64,000 nt of DNA. Source: the human T2T-CHM13v2.0 reference genome, Homo sapiens. Location: NCBI RefSeq assembly GCF_009914755.1, contig NC_060930.1; one strand, written 5' to 3'. The stretch's first letter is position 1; each line of letters opens with the position of its first letter. Position numbers and translations under genes: made by a program. Below, in pieces: positions 45,030 through 62,460 of the stretch. Under the pieces are notes generated by a model that searched no databases, was not told the DNA's origin, and saw nothing but the letters and a program-made list of their open reading frames with translations.

Positions 45030-47577
45030 AAAACTGACATCAGTAAAAAGAGGAACATTTGAAACTATACAAATACATGGATATTAAACACCTTCTTAAA
45101 AACCAATGGGTGAGAGAAGAAATTAAGAATGAAATAAAAAATTTGAAACGAATGAGAAGAGAAACACTGCATACAGAACCTATGAGACACAGCAAAAGCA
45201 GTATTAAGAGACAAGTTTATAGCAATAAATGCTTACATCAAAAAACTAGAAAGATTTCAAATAAACAACCTAATGATGCACTTCAAAGAACCAGAAACAA
45301 ACCAAACCCTAAAATAGTAGAAGGAAAGAATTATGAAGATTAGAGCCAAAATAAAAAATATATCACAAACCCACAGCAAATATCTGAATGGGGAAGAGGT
45401 GAAAGCTTTTCTTCTAAGGACTGGAACACAAAAAAGGATGCCCGCTTTCACCACTCATATTCAACATAGCACTGGAAGTCCTAGCCAGAGCAATTAGGCA
45501 AGAAAAAGAAATAAAAGACATCCAAATCAGAAAGGAGGAAGTCAAAATGTCTGTGTTTGCAGATAATAGGATTTTATATATAGAAAAACCTAAAGACTCT
45601 ACCAAAATAAGCTCTTAGAAAAGATAAACAAATGCAGTCAAGTTACAGCAGAATACAAAATCAGTATCCAAAATCAGCATTATTTTTCTGATACAATACT
45701 TATACAAAATCAGTATTGTAAATAAATAACAACCAAAACAAGAAACCAAGAAGGCAATCCCACTTATGACAGCCATACACACACACACACACACACAAAA
45801 CCGAGGAATAAATTTAACCAAGGAGATGAAAGGCTTCTACAAGGAAAACTGCAAAACACTGGTGAAAGAAATTGAAGAAGATACAAACAAATGAAAATAA
45901 ATCACATGTTCATAGATCAGAAGAATTAATATTGTTAAAATAACAATACTCCCCAAATAAATCTACAGATTCAATGCAATCCCTGTCAAAATACCAGTGA
46001 CATTCTTCACAGAAATAGAAAAAAAATCTTAAAATATGTATGGAACCACATAAGACCCCAATAGCTAAAGAAATCCTGAGCAGAAAGAACAAAGCAGAAG
46101 GCATCACACTATTAGATTTCAGAATGTATCACAAAGCTGTATTAACTAAAATAGCATGGTACTGGCATAAAAACAGACACATAAAACAATGAAACAGAAT
46201 AGGGAACCCAGAAATTAACCCACCTATCTATAGCCAATTTATTTTTGACAAAGGTGCCAAGACCGCTCACTGGGGAAAGGAGAGTCTCTTCAGTAAATGG
46301 TGCCAGGGAAATTGGTATCCATATGCAGAAGAATGAAACTGGACCCCCACCTCTCACACTGTACAATAAAACTATTAGAAGAAAATGTGGAGGAAATGCT
46401 TCAAGACATTGGTCTGGGATAAGATTTTATGAATAAGAGTTTAAAACCACTGGCAACAAAAGTAAAAATAAACCACTGGGATTATATCAAACTGAAAAGC
46501 TGCACAGCAAAATAATCAATAGAGTGAAAAAAGGCTACCTATAGAGTGGAAGAAAATATTTGCAAACTACTCATTTGAGAGGGATAAATATCTAGAATAT
46601 ACAAGGAATGGAAACATCTCAACAGCAAAAAAAAAAAATGGGATTAAAAATGGACAAATTATCTGAATGGACATTTCTCCAAATAAGATATGCAATTATC
46701 CAATAAATATATAAAAATGCTCAGCATTGCTAATCTTCTGAGACATGCAAATCAGAAATGAAGTATCATCTCACCGCAGTTATGATGGCTATTAAGATGG
46801 AGAGAAAAGAGAACTCATACACTGTTGCTGGGAACGTAAAATAGTATAGCCACTATGAAGAATAATATGGAGATTCCCCAACAAACTCAAATAGAACTAC
46901 TATATGTTGCAGAAATTCCACTACTGGGCATTTATGCAAATGAAAGGAAATTAGTATGCTGATTATACATCTGCCCTCTTGTGTCTATTGTAGCACTATT
47001 TGCAAAAACCAAGATATGGAATCAACCTAGATTTCCTACAACAGGTGACTGGATAAAGAAAGTGTGGTATGTATATTAAAGGGAACACTATTCAACCATA
47101 AAAAGAATGAAATCCTGTCATTTGTGGCAACATGGATGTTAATAGAGGACACTAAGTTAAGTAAAATAAGCCAGCAACAGAAAGTTAAAAACTGCATGGT
47201 CTCACTCAAATGTGGAAACTAAAAACGTTGATCTCATAGAAGTGAAAAGTAGAAAAGAAGATATTAGAGGCTGGGAAGGATAGGGGAAAGGGAGTAATAG
47301 GGAGAGATTTTCTAAAGGATATAAAATTACAGCTATATAGGAGGAATAAGTTCTGCTGTTCTGCAGCACTATAGAGTGACTTAGTTAAAAATGCAGTTAA
47401 TAATATATAGTATCAAATAGCTAGAGGGAAGATATTGAATGCTCCCAATACAAAGAATTGATAAATGTTTGAGATGATGGTTTTGCTAATTACCCTGATT
47501 TCATCACCATGCATTATGTGTATCAATACATCACTATGTACCACATGAATATGTACAATTATTTATCAGTAAAATAA
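45030..47577 (+). mobile_element. L1MA4-like LINE-1 with internal deletions
   Basis: Degraded ORF2 plus L1MA 3'UTR (aaaattacagctatataggaggaataagttct..gctaattaccctgattt). Confidence 0.88.
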
Positions 47578-48090
47578 GTGGTACATGAGAACAATAAAAT
47601 CTTATATTGTCATTAAAAAGAATAAGGCAAATGTACCTATTATGAAATTATGAGAAATATTATACAATGAGAAAAGCAATATATATATTTGAATGTACTA
47701 ACATATATTTATACATGAATAGAATATCTCTTGAAATATAAAGAAAATTTTGGCTACCTGGATTGCCTCTGGAGAGGATAACCAGGTAACTGAGAGATAA
47801 ATGTGGACAAGATTTTTTCCTTATTTTTTACTATATACATTTATACTCATTTTGAATTTTATAGTATTTATATATAAGGCTATTCACATAATATAATTTA
47901 ATTATGAACTAACTTTATGAATATGTTACCACTTTAATGGCTGCATTGTATTCTATGTATTTTATGCTAGATTGATCAGTTTCCTGTTGAAAGTTAGCTT
48001 TTACTTAGTATGTCTACTTTATGAAAATTTGTGTTGATTTCCCTATAATCTTTTGTAATTATTTTTGAAGGGAAAGAATAACTAGATGTT

Positions 48091-48625
48091 TGTATCAGTT
48101 AGGGTTCAGCCCAGGAAATAGAAAACATTCCAGGAATTTCAAAGAGGAAAATATTTAGTAGAGGGAACTGAGTTCTTACAAATATCACTGGAAGGGTGGA
48201 GGAGTGGAAGTCATGAGAGTCACAATCAAGCTATTGTTTTAAGGTCAAATTTAGATGGAGGAAATCCACAGGTTAGGAAGCTGCTGCTGCTTCTGATATC
48301 ACCATTCCCATACTAAAATGTCTAGTGACCAGGAGATCGTGACTACATTCTGGAATGTGAACTCTGACCACTACAAAAACTCATGTGTTGGAAATTGCTA
48401 GTTAATTGTTCCAGCCACAAAAGAATGACATCTACCTCGTGTTTTGTCTTCCAAATCTTGTGGTCATATGTTGCACTGGCAGAATCAAGATTGCATCACA
48501 AATCCTGGTTATTAGGAAGTCTGGGAAATGTAGTATTAGACTTCTTGCTCCTGCAACAAGTGTATGTGTGTAGAGCAGATCACAGGGGAAGGTAGAAACA
48601 AATGCCCAATATAAATAGGCATTCA
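48091..48625 (-). mobile_element. Old MaLR LTR (MLT1M/N/O-like)
   Basis: tgtatcagttagggttcag..gtctgggaaatgtagt. Confidence 0.6.
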
Positions 48626-49837
48626 GCAGAAGAGGACACCGATGCAGAGAAAAGGTAAGAAACTTTCACAAGAGAAAACCTGCTTCTCTATGATCACAGT
48701 GATCATAAAATAAATATTATGATGATAAAATGATGATTATGTGAGATAAATGCCTTGAAATCATTTTAACAACAGGTGAGTTAGACCTGTATGAAGAAAC
48801 TATAGGGTTGGTGGTGCTAGATTTTGAAGCCAGGCAGCCCACACTCTGCATCAGTAAATTATCTTTAAAATCTGTTAGTCTTTTTCTTTAAATTTTCAAA
48901 TGTTGCTGCCACTCTTGGACTGGCCCTCCCTGCCCCCAAATTATATATATTTTATTCCTATTTTCTTAGAGAATTTTATAGCTTATACATTAAAAATATT
49001 TCACTTATTCAGAAGTTAGTTTTGTATAAGGTAATATTGAAGCATATAAATGTATTTCTTCCTAGTTAGCCAGTTATGCCAACAACATTTGTTAAATAGT
49101 CTATTCTTTCTTGCATTGATTTGGAATACTCTTGATTGTAAATAGTTTTTCCATTTAGTATTATGGTATGCTTTACCATTTATTGACATTTTTTCTTATG
49201 TAAATTGGGAAACTATAATTTCTTCATATAGGTCTAACTCATCTGTTGTTAAAATGATTTCAAGGTATTTATCTCACATAATCATCATTATTTTATCATC
49301 ATATTTTATGGTCACTGTGATGAGGCACTTTAAAAATTTATATTAATTATGTTATTAATCCTAGTTATTATTTACAGATCCTATTTTACTGTTGTGTAGA
49401 TGATTTAAATAAATTACTTAGGGGCATAAGGTACTTAAAGGATGGAGTTTGGATTTGCAGTTTTCCCATTGTCCTGAATATATCCTTTATTTCATAATAT
49501 TTTCTGATTGTTGTTCGTATTTCAGAAAGCTATTGACTTCAGATTATTTATTTTGAAACCTGCTTCTCTCTTTTATTGCCCAATTTTAAAGCCCCTTATA
49601 CAATAAGAAACATCTTAAGAAATATAAGGAAAGCACATATAAATCCCAAAACAATAATGAGGAAAGCTTAAAATGAATCAGTTCTGGCTCTTGGCTGGAA
49701 CAAGAGGCAAAAAGAATTGTGGAGTCAGAGCACAGCACTGGGAAACTGTAGCTGTCTCGGTCAGGAGTTAACAGACTGCTTAACCTTTACTATGACTAGC
49801 TACTTGTATCCAGAACCAGTCCTTTGACTGCGAGGAT

Positions 49838-50810
49838 GTGTATAGGGGTACACACAAGGCTGGGTGCCTGCTCAGTATCCATTTGATATGGTTTGGCTCT
49901 GTGTCCCCACCTAAATCTCATCTTGAACTGTTATCCCCATAATTCCCACGTGTCGAGGGAGGGAACTTGTGGGATATGATTATATCATGGCAGCAGTTTC
50001 CCCATGCTGTTCTCATGATAGTAAGTTCTCACGATATCTGATGGTTATATAGGCATCTGGCATTCCCCCCCGCTTGCTCGTCTTTCTCCTGCCACCATGT
50101 GAAGAAAGTCCTTGCTTCCCCAATTTCCACCATGATTGTAAGTTTCCTGAGGCCTCTCCAGTCATGTGGAACTGTGAGTCAATTAAACTTCTTTCTTTTA
50201 TAAGTTATCCACTCTTGGGTATTTCTTTATAGTGATGTGAAAACGGACTGATACACCATTCTTCCCCTTTCCAACAGCACACAGTTTTGGAGAACTACCT
50301 TCCTCTATTGCATAGTAACTGACCAATTTTGGGGGGAAGCAGGGGATTGCCTTTATCCCAGCTCCCAGAGTGAGTCCTCACAGGCCTGAGCAAATCAGCC
50401 TAATCTGACACAGCTGCCATGACAACTGAATCAGTGACTAGTCCTAAGACTGTCAATTCATGTTACTTCCCTGGAAATTTTTTTTTTTTTTTTTAAGATT
50501 GGGCCAAGCAGGGTGAAATAAAGAACTTCCCTTCTAAGGTGGGAGGAAAAGAAAATCTCTTTCTCTGAATGATGTGGGGTATAGATGTGAGGACTGGAAG
50601 TACTGCAGCCATTTGTAATCATGGAGGGAAACTAGGCTCAGGTTTAAAATGTTAATAGAAGACTTTGAAGGATTTAGAGAAAAATGGAGCAAATGCCCCG
50701 ATAAACCATACCAGAATTCTCTTTGAATTTCCATGTTATGTGAGTAAATGAAATCCTTAATTGTTTGTGTCAGATTGAGTTGAATTTCCTGGTATGTGTA
50801 ATAAAAACCA
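49838..50810 (+). mobile_element. MLT1J/K LTR split by THE1D
   Basis: tgggtgcctgctcagtatccatt..gcagccatttgtaatcatggagg..tcagattgagttgaatttcc. Confidence 0.6.
49884..50255 (+). mobile_element. THE1D solo LTR
   Basis: tgatatggtttggctctgtgtcccc..aaacggactgataca; TSD CCATT. Confidence 0.92.
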
Positions 50811-50949
50811 ACCTTTTTGTTAAAGGGTAGAACAGAAGAAGTAGAGAAACCAGTACTCAGCCTATCCCTCAATAGATTTTTTTACTTATGTACATGTCTA
50901 AAATTCCTATCTTGAGAGATTCCTTAGTGTTAAACTATTGATCTAGACC

Positions 50950-51156
50950 AGCACTGTTTAATAGAACTTTCTGTGATGATAATGTTTTGTATCTGTGCTG
51001 CCAAATATGATATCCCCTGGTACATGTGACTGTTGGGCACTTGAAATGTTGCTACTGAGATGGAGGAAATGAATCTTCAATTTCATCAATTTCTTAATTT
51101 AAGTTTAATTTTAAATAGCTGCATGGTGTTAGTAGCTATTGTATTGGACAGAACAA
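50950..51156 (+). mobile_element. MER3
   Basis: cagcactgtttaatagaactttctgtgatgat..gtattggacag. Confidence 0.85.
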
Positions 51157-51504
51157 ATATAGATTGTTCTGTTTTTTTCTAACGTCCCTAGAAGAATAAT
51201 AAATTGGTTTGCTATGGACCGAATTGTGTTCTCTCAAAATTCATGTTGAATCCCTAAGCCCCAATGTGATATATTTGGAGATGTGGCCTTTCAGGGGTAA
51301 TTAGGTTAGATGAGATCCTGAGGGTGAGGCCCTCATGATGGGATTAGTGACCTTACAAGAAGAAGAGAGCAAGGGCTGACAGGCACTGAGGAAAGCCCAT
51401 TTTAGGATACAATGAGCAGGTGGCCATCTATAGGCCAGGAAGAGAGCCCTCACCAGAACTTGACTATACTGGCACCCTGATCTTGGATGTACACCCTCCA
51501 GAAT

Positions 51505-51540
<36 letters not shown>

Positions 51541-51570
51541 TCTGCTGTTTAAGCCACATGGTCTATGATA

Positions 51571-52212
<642 letters not shown>

Positions 52213-52242
52213 TAGTTATGGCAGCCTGAGCTGACTAATACA

Positions 52243-52607
52243 TAGTCTCAGAAAATTTTAATATGAATTCTTAAAAGCTTCTTCTTGGAAAACTTAAACT
52301 TGAGCCTGAAACGAAGGGGGTTTGTTATGTTTGATAATTTGATATTTTTTGGTGGGAGGGTGATGGGGTCATATAGAGGAGACTCAGGATAGGGTAATAC
52401 TTTCACCCTTTGTCCCAGTTGGAAATATCAACTTTTAAGGGTTCACTAGTCTTTGAAATTATTTTAAAATGGTAAGATAGGTGCCAATTTTTCTTGTTAT
52501 AGGCAGTGTATTTTCTTATAGTTTCACCTCAATGGGAATATAAACAAAAGCAGTATAAATAAACATATCAGAAATTCCTTACAAACTCGGTAAATGATGT
52601 ATTCCAG
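52243..52607 (-). pseudogene. Relic exon(s): complete RGS domain, cut at helix 9 by MLT1A
   Basis: LEYIIYRVCKEFLICLFILLLFIFPLR*NYKKIHCL*QEKLA, frameshift, KIISKTSEPLKVDISNW, then PPSFQAQV*VFQEEAFKNSY*NFLR. Confidence 0.7.
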
Positions 52608-53247
52608 CTGTGTGTGTTTTGAAAACAGACCATATTACATCAATGAAACCCCAATTAAGAAATAAAATGGAAGTCTCATAACTCTCCTTCTTTTCTTCCT
52701 TTTTTTCTCTCCCTGTCTTTCATTTCAAAAATAATTGTTAAGAACTTAGAGCATAAAAGACACTGAGGTCACAGAAAGTAACAAGAAAGATATGGTCTCT
52801 TTCCTAACAGAGTCCCAGGGCTTGTGCAGGGGAGAGATAACAAGCAACCTAAATAACGCTGTAATATGAATTCTAATGCGGAAAGTATTATGGAAGTGTA
52901 GGACTGGGGCATTGAAACTGCTTGAGAGGACAGAAGGGAAACATCTCAGGAATAAGTAATAGCAAGTTGATACCTGAAGGAACCCTAGGAATAAGCACAG
53001 AAGAGGGTGCTGAGTTGGAGGAGGAAGTCAGAGAGAACAGAAAGTGTGAAGGCCAGGTGAGATAGAGTCTTGAGTAAATACAATGCCAGAATAGGGTGTG
53101 GTGGCAAACCAAAGTTTGTTATTGTTTAGATGGGGATGGGGAGATGCAAAGGTAAAGGTGATGGCCAAGCCAGACAAATTTCCCTGTGATTTCAGGGAGG
53201 AAGAGGAGAGAGAGGGAAGAGAGAATGAATGAATCAATGAATCATAG

Positions 53248-53563
<316 letters not shown>

Positions 53564-53564
53564 T

Positions 53565-55485
53565 CATTTTTTGGTAACTCAGCATTATTTCCCATTTCAC
53601 TTCTCTCCTCTGTATACTGGAACTGGAAACCTGGAAATACATTTTCCAAAATCCCTGTTAGCAAGGTTTCCATATAAATTCTGTCAGTGAGAGATACGGA
53701 CATGAGATTTGGGAGTCAGGGAGAAGCAAAGGCACAATTTCTTTTTTTTTAAATTTCAACTTTTATTATAGATTAAAGGGTACACATGCAGGTTTGTTAC
53801 ATGTGTAAACTGTGATGCTTAGGCTTGAGGTCCCAACAATTCCATCACCCAGGCAGTAGGGCATAGTATCCAACAGGTGGTTTTTCAGCCCATTACCCCC
53901 TCCCTCTTTCCCCCATCTAGTGATCCCAGTGTCTATTATTCCAATCTTTACATTCATGTGTACTCAAAGTTTAGCTCCCACTTATAAGTGAGATCATGTG
54001 TCATTTGGTTTTCTGTTCTTTGGTTTGCTGTTAGATTGCTTAAGATAATGGCCTCTAGCTCCATCACTCTTTTTTTATGGCTGCATTATACTCCATGGCA
54101 TATATGTACAACATTTTCTTTGTCCAGTTCACCATTGATGGGCACTTAAGTTGATTCTGTGTCTTTGCTATTGTGAATAGTGCTGCAGTGAACATATGGG
54201 TGCATGTGTCTTTTTGACAGAGAGAATTATTTTCCTTTTGGTATATACCCAGTAGTGGGATTGCTGGGTCAAATGGTAGGTCTATTTTAAATCCTTCGAG
54301 AAATCTCTGATCTGCTTTCCGTAGCAGTTGAAACTAGTTTGCATTTCCACCAATAGTGTACAAGCATTCCCTTTTCTCTGCAACATCACCAGCATCTCTT
54401 ATATTTTGTCTTTTTACAGTAGCCATTCTGACTGGTGTGAGAAGGTATTTTATTGTGGTTTTTGATTTGCATTTCTCTAATATTTAGTGATGCTGAGCAT
54501 TTTTTCATGTTTCTTGGCCACGTGTATGTCTTCTTTTGAGAAGTATCTTTTCATGTCCTTTGCCCATTTAATTGGATTTTTAATTTTTTGCTTGTTGATT
54601 TGTTTAAGTTCCTTGTAGATTTTGGATATTAGATCTTTGTCAGATACATAGTTTGCGAATATTTTCTTCCATTATGTGGGCTGTCTGTTTACTCTGTTGG
54701 TAATTTCTTTTGCTGTGCGGAAGTTCTTTAGTTTAGGATAAAGGGGTTAAAAGATCTCTGCAAGGAGAACTACAAAACACTGTGGAAAAAAATCAGAAAT
54801 GACACAAATAAATTAAAAAATATTCCATGCTCATGGATTAGAAGAATCAATATAGTTAAAATGGGCCATACTGCCCAAAGCAATGTATATTTTCAATGCT
54901 AACCCTATCAAAATACCAACATCATTTTTCACAGAATTAGGAAAATCTATTCTAAATTTCAGTTGGAACCAAAAAAGAGCCTGAATAGCCAAAGCAATCC
55001 TAAGCAACAAGAACAAAGCCAGAGGCATCACATTACCTGACTTCAAACAATATTATAAGGCTACAGTAATTGGAACAACATAGTACTGTACAAAAGCAGA
55101 CATATAGACCAGTGGAACAGAATAGAGAACCCCAAAATAAACCCTGAACACCTACAACCATCTAATCTTTGACAAAATCAATAAAAATAAGCAATGTGGA
55201 AAGGACTGTTTAATAAATGGCACTGCAATAACTGGCTAGCCATATGCAGAAGAAAGGCACTATTTCAACTGGGGAAGTAATAGGTGGCTTGAAGTTTTGT
55301 GTCTTGAGAATCATCCCTTTCTTTCCATAGGCAGTTGAAATCATCAGGGCTGTCTTCCTGCAGTTTCTTTATTTTCCATGCCTTCCCATGATTTTTTAAA
55401 TTCTCTAATTCCCTGAATTAAATCCTTTTGTGCTCAAAATACCTAAAATGTTCCTTATTTTTCTGATTGAACTCTGACTTATGAT
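53565..55485 (+). mobile_element. LTR33-like LTR split by an L1
   Basis: ggaaatacattttcc..gagatttggg | ttccctgaattaaatcc..gaactctgact. Confidence 0.6.
53742..55252 (-). mobile_element. L1PA15/16-like LINE-1 with twin-priming inversion
   Basis: 3' end on minus 53742-54735, ORF2 on plus ~54740-55252; TSD aaaggcac(a/t)atttc. Confidence 0.88.
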
Positions 55486-56555
55486 ATAGCTATCAGGCTG
55501 AGAATTCCATATTAGCATGCTTAGAACTTAGTTCTGCCAGTCTTCTGACACACTTTCAGAACTAGCCCCATTGTGCTTCACACACATATTTGATGTACTT
55601 ACCCTCAAAGTTCTAAACATCCTTCCCAAATGTTATCACCCAGACTTTCCTTCCCATGGTACTCTGACCATAATCAAATTGAATTCAGTCTTCTTTCATT
55701 CCTTTTTTTTCTAAACCTGTGTATGTACCTTCTGGAGTGCTCCACCTGTGTCGGGCAAACCCCACTGCATCCTCAACATCTCCTCTGAATGCTCTTGCTA
55801 CCTATTAGCTAGATGAAAAGCTAGGTGTCCTTGAGGACATTGCATTCCCTTATTGTGTATCCCAGGGTCAAGATGTGGGACAATGCTTCCCTTATTTTCC
55901 AGTGTTCCATGGCTGTCTCCAAGCTGTTTCTTCTAGCTTCTCTGAAGTTATTATTTGCTGATATCATGCCCTGCCTTCTCACTGCTGATCTGCAATTATA
56001 ATCACTTGATGGTATACATTGTTCAACTCTCCTCTGTGATTAATATTAGATTTGCAACTTTGACATCCAGGATTCTTTAAAATTCATTATATTTAAAACA
56101 TTTAGGAGAGTGCACAAATTAAGGCCTCAATGAGTATTGTTACCATTGTCATCATGCTCATTTTCCCCTGCTTGCACTAAAGCAAATAAACATTGCTGAG
56201 AAAATTGTACAACTGAGATTTTCAGTTGTACAATTTACAAAAAAAATCATGAGAATTCATGATTATAGCCTTCAAGCTGGCCCTCATCACTGCCCAGTAA
56301 TCAGTCCTGTTCTCTATTAAGCTTGCTTTCCCACTGAAGGTGATGACTTGTTATACTTTCTTCTTTTTTCCTATACCCCACACCCTTTCACTCTAACTTT
56401 CAGCTGAAATTTCAGCTCACACTTAATTAAGACAATACAGATTAATTTGGAAACTCTATCTTCCTACCACCAAATCATTTTCCTCTAGGGCATCTGTGCC
56501 AACTCTTTCTTCCTTTCTGTATCCATGAAGGAAGTGATTTTCCTTTGATCATGGC

Positions 56556-56998
56556 TGTATTGGTCAGGGTTCTCTTAGAGGGACATAATTAATAGGAGAT
56601 ATATATATATATATATATATGAGTTTATTAAGTATTAACTTACATGATCACAAGGTCCCACAATAGGCTGTCTGCAAGCTGAGGAGAAAGAAGAGCCAGT
56701 CTGAGTCCCCAAACTGAAGAACTTGGAGTCCGATGTTCAAGGGCAGGAAGCATCCAGCACGGGAGAAAGATGTAGGCTGGGAGGCTAGGCCAGTCTCTCT
56801 TTTTCACGTTTTTCTCCCTGCTTTATATTGGCTGGCAGCTGATTAGATTGGGCCCACCACATTAAGGGTGGATTTACCTTCTCCTGTCCACTGACTCAAA
56901 TGTTAATCTCTTTTGGCAATACCCTCACAGACACACCCAGGATCAATACTTTGTGTTCTTCAATCCAATCAAGTTGACACTCAATATTAACCATCACA
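56556..56998 (-). mobile_element. MLT2A1 LTR (3' LTR of HERVL)
   Basis: tgtattggtcagggttctc..(TA)n..attaaccatcaca; polypurine tract adjacent. Confidence 0.92.
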
Positions 56999-58034
56999 AA
57001 TCCACCCCTTGTCAACTTGAACCCATACACATCTCCTGAGATCATACATACTCTTCAAATAAAAACAATAATAAGGTCGTAGTTACACCTAACATACAGA
57101 TATCCTTCCTACAACCAGAAACACACCAGTCCCCAACCCAAATACTATTACGTAAAGTTAACAATACTTAAATGCTGATATGAAGTCAATAAATCTTACA
57201 TCACATGATAAATGAAAAGGAAATAAAATGAAGATATTTTCTTAGTACAAGTGTATAAATGCACAAACAAGTTTTTAACAAAGTGAGGAGGAAATACTCA
57301 TGACAAATACAGTCCTCGCATCTGCAGCTGGTCACCTGGTCATAGCTGGTATTGATGACTACCTTCTTCCACTACCCATTCTGTATTCCCTTTGACTTCA
57401 GCAAGCACCTCAGCAGGTTGTGGTTTTTTTCCTGGTTGAGTGACCCAAACCTTCATTCCTGAAGGGTCTGGGTCATTTGTAGTCCTGCCTGGATTGGGCT
57501 GTTATAGTTTCCCATTGACCTTAGTCACAGATGGTAATACTAGGAGACACTCTAATGGATCTCCTGTATTCCATGTGTATTCTTCCTTAACCTCTGTTGT
57601 GGAGTAGTAGACTGACTTCATCTTGATAGTCCGGGTCAATCACCCCAGCTAACACTGTTAACTCCTTTCTAAGCCTGTTGACTTAAAGGTAGGAGGAGCC
57701 CAAAGTGTCCAGGTGGCAATCTTAACTTCCAGTTTAATGGAATCGTTGTTGTGTCTCCTCGTGGCAGCATTCCTCTCTCTGGAACTAAGACCTCTAGGCC
57801 AGCAGAACATAATGTTGCGGGAACAGGAAGCAAAAATTTTGCTAGTGGATCACCAGAGGTGATGGTGAGTGGTGGCACTTCTACTTCCACTGCTTGATTC
57901 CTGAACCTGTGAATCCTGGCTATGGGAGAAACAGTACCATATACTGGACACTGACTCAGAGCATACATGGCCTTCTGGAGAACTTTGCTGCAGCCCTGCA
58001 AATCAATCCAGCTGCTTCAGGATGATGGGGAACA
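56999..58034 (-). mobile_element. HERVL internal remnant (integrase end and dUTPase)
   Basis: Track ORF 57669..58001 AGLEVLVP..IPLNWKLRLPPGHFGLL. Confidence 0.92.
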
Positions 58035-59204
58035 ACAGCCAATCCCACTTTTTCCTTGCCTCTTCTTTCCTCTTTTCTCTTAGGACCTGCTCTTCCTGTT
58101 ATCTACCCTTCCATTGGATCATTATCACCAACCAAAAAAGGAAAAGTTTCAAAAACAACTTCCTCCAAATACCCTCTTTCTGTTCCCATTTATAATGAAA
58201 CTAAAATAGCATTCTGTAATTACTGTCCCCACTTCCTCACCTCCTATTCTCTTCCACCTCTTTGTTATCTAGTATCAGATCCCACACCTCTGCAGAGACC
58301 AAGGTCACTCTTGATGATGTCAACATCTTCATGTAGCCAAATCCAATGGCCTTTGTTTGGTATTCATCTAAACCTAACAGTAGCATTCATCCCAGTGGAA
58401 CCATTTCCCCCTTCTTGAAGTGTTTTTTTTCTATTTTGCTTATATGACCCCACTGCTCCTTGGTTTTACTCTAGGTTCTCTTCTACCCATCCTTCATACT
58501 GGGGAATGCTTCTGGGCTAAATTCTTGTGTATTCAGATCTTGATCTTAGATCATCTCCTGAAATTCTGAGTCTATAAATACTCATATAAAATGGAGGACA
58601 AAAGCATGGCCTGGGGAGCCAGACTATCTGCACACAAGTCCTGGCTCCACCACTTGCTATTTGTGTGACCTTGTGCAGATTACTTGACCTCCCTGTTTCT
58701 GTTTCTTTATATAATGAGGATAATTATGGTACTTTAGTTATAGCATTATAGTGAGGAGGACTATATTAACAGTGTGCGGCTTGTGCTAAGCACTCAATAA
58801 AGGTTAGCTGTTATTATATCCTGAAAACTGAAATGTATATCTCCTGCCCAGACTTACCCACTAAGATTTGGACTCGTGTGGCTGCCCACTTAAGAACTCC
58901 ACATGGATGACTAGTAGGATCTCCAAATTAACATGTTCAAAGCAAAAAGCAGAATGCTTGATTAACTTCTGAACCTCTTCCTCTCAGTCTTTATACTGTC
59001 ACTAAATGGCATTGTCTTCATCTATTCAGTAAAAGATTATCTTTGAAGCTGGAGGGGTCTGCCAATGCTTCCTATAGTCCTTAATCTAGGAAATTTGACT
59101 ATAACTAGGTCTGAGATATTAAAACTATTGTAGTGTTTCTTAGATTAGGTAATTTTGCCATCAGCCCAAAGCATCTTGCTGAGCTGTCATGATACAGAAC
59201 TCTC

Positions 59205-59209
<5 letters not shown>

Positions 59210-59254
<45 letters not shown>
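59210..59254 (+). repeat. (TG)~22 microsatellite
   Basis: Pure TG run. Confidence 0.95.
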
Positions 59255-59255
<1 letters not shown>

Positions 59256-59399
59256 GGCAATGGTGTGTTTGCCAGCTAGAAGTTAGAATAAAAGTAACAC
59301 ACAGAATAAAAATAGAAAATCTGGCCCCATAACTTCCATTTTAGAGGAATATTTTAAATTATATAGACAGTTAATGTAGTACTACAGAATCCTACTTAT

Positions 59400-59642
59400 C
59401 TTTCAAACACTTAAGAAACAACCTTATACTATCAAAGTAACTGGTAAATGTCTGCCGTGTCTTCATGATTATATTTGCCACTTGTTTCACTTCAAACATT
59501 GCTTCTGGGTGTTTTTATGACATTTTTCTCTCAAGCAGTTATTTATTTCCTGCAATATTCAATTCTGCTGGTTCATGCCTTTATGACTAGTTTTTGCTTG
59601 TTTTCATGATTTTCAAATATAGATACAATATTCTGTTATGGC
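59400..59642 (-). pseudogene. Relic exon: second half of an RGS domain
   Basis: 243 nt; acceptor ttctctttgataactag; dead donor ATAAGT. Reads NRILYLYL...HEPAELNIAGNK*LLERKMS*KHPEAMFEVKQVANIIM...FTSYFDS with 4 stops. Confidence 0.55.
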
Positions 59643-59835
59643 CTAGTTATCAAAGAGAAGAAGTTACAGTTTCACAGAGAAAATAAATACTCTGAAATTT
59701 AATGATGTTAGAAATTCAGTGATCTTTTGGTGAACGTTATAGACACTACACAGTACCATTTATGAAATACACACTACATTTCATACATTTGACTAAACCA
59801 TTTTCAGTTTCATGCATTTTGTCATTTAAGAATTG

Positions 59836-62100
<2,265 letters not shown>

Positions 62101-62460
62101 CATTAATTTAATTTAAACCTTTTACGTAGTGATTACAAAGGAAGTTTATTTGGTAGTATGTCTTAATAGTTTATTAAGTGACCACTTATATTTTGTCTTT
62201 TTCCATTTTATGAGTTCCTGATTTCTCAAGACTTTTATGTGAGTAGCTTTATTAATTTTTTTTTTTTTTGCATACTGAATAAGAAACTTCATTACCTCAT
62301 TCTCCATTATTTACCCAACCGGTTACATTGAGCTTCCAAGTTTCAGCTAAGGGTTTATAAATCAGTTTTTGTTGTATTCACCATTTCTCCTAGTACTATG
62401 GTTTCATTGTATGATGATCATTTTGAAGTCTGCATTTATTGCAAAGGTAAAACTTTCCAC

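Larger units (their letters stand above)
55880..59030 (+). mobile_element. Long degraded L2 hosting HERVL and a MIR (58596-58817)
   Basis: tcactgcccagtaatc, ccacttcctcacctcc, gccaaatccaatgg, ctccaaattaacatgttcaaa motifs. Confidence 0.7.
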
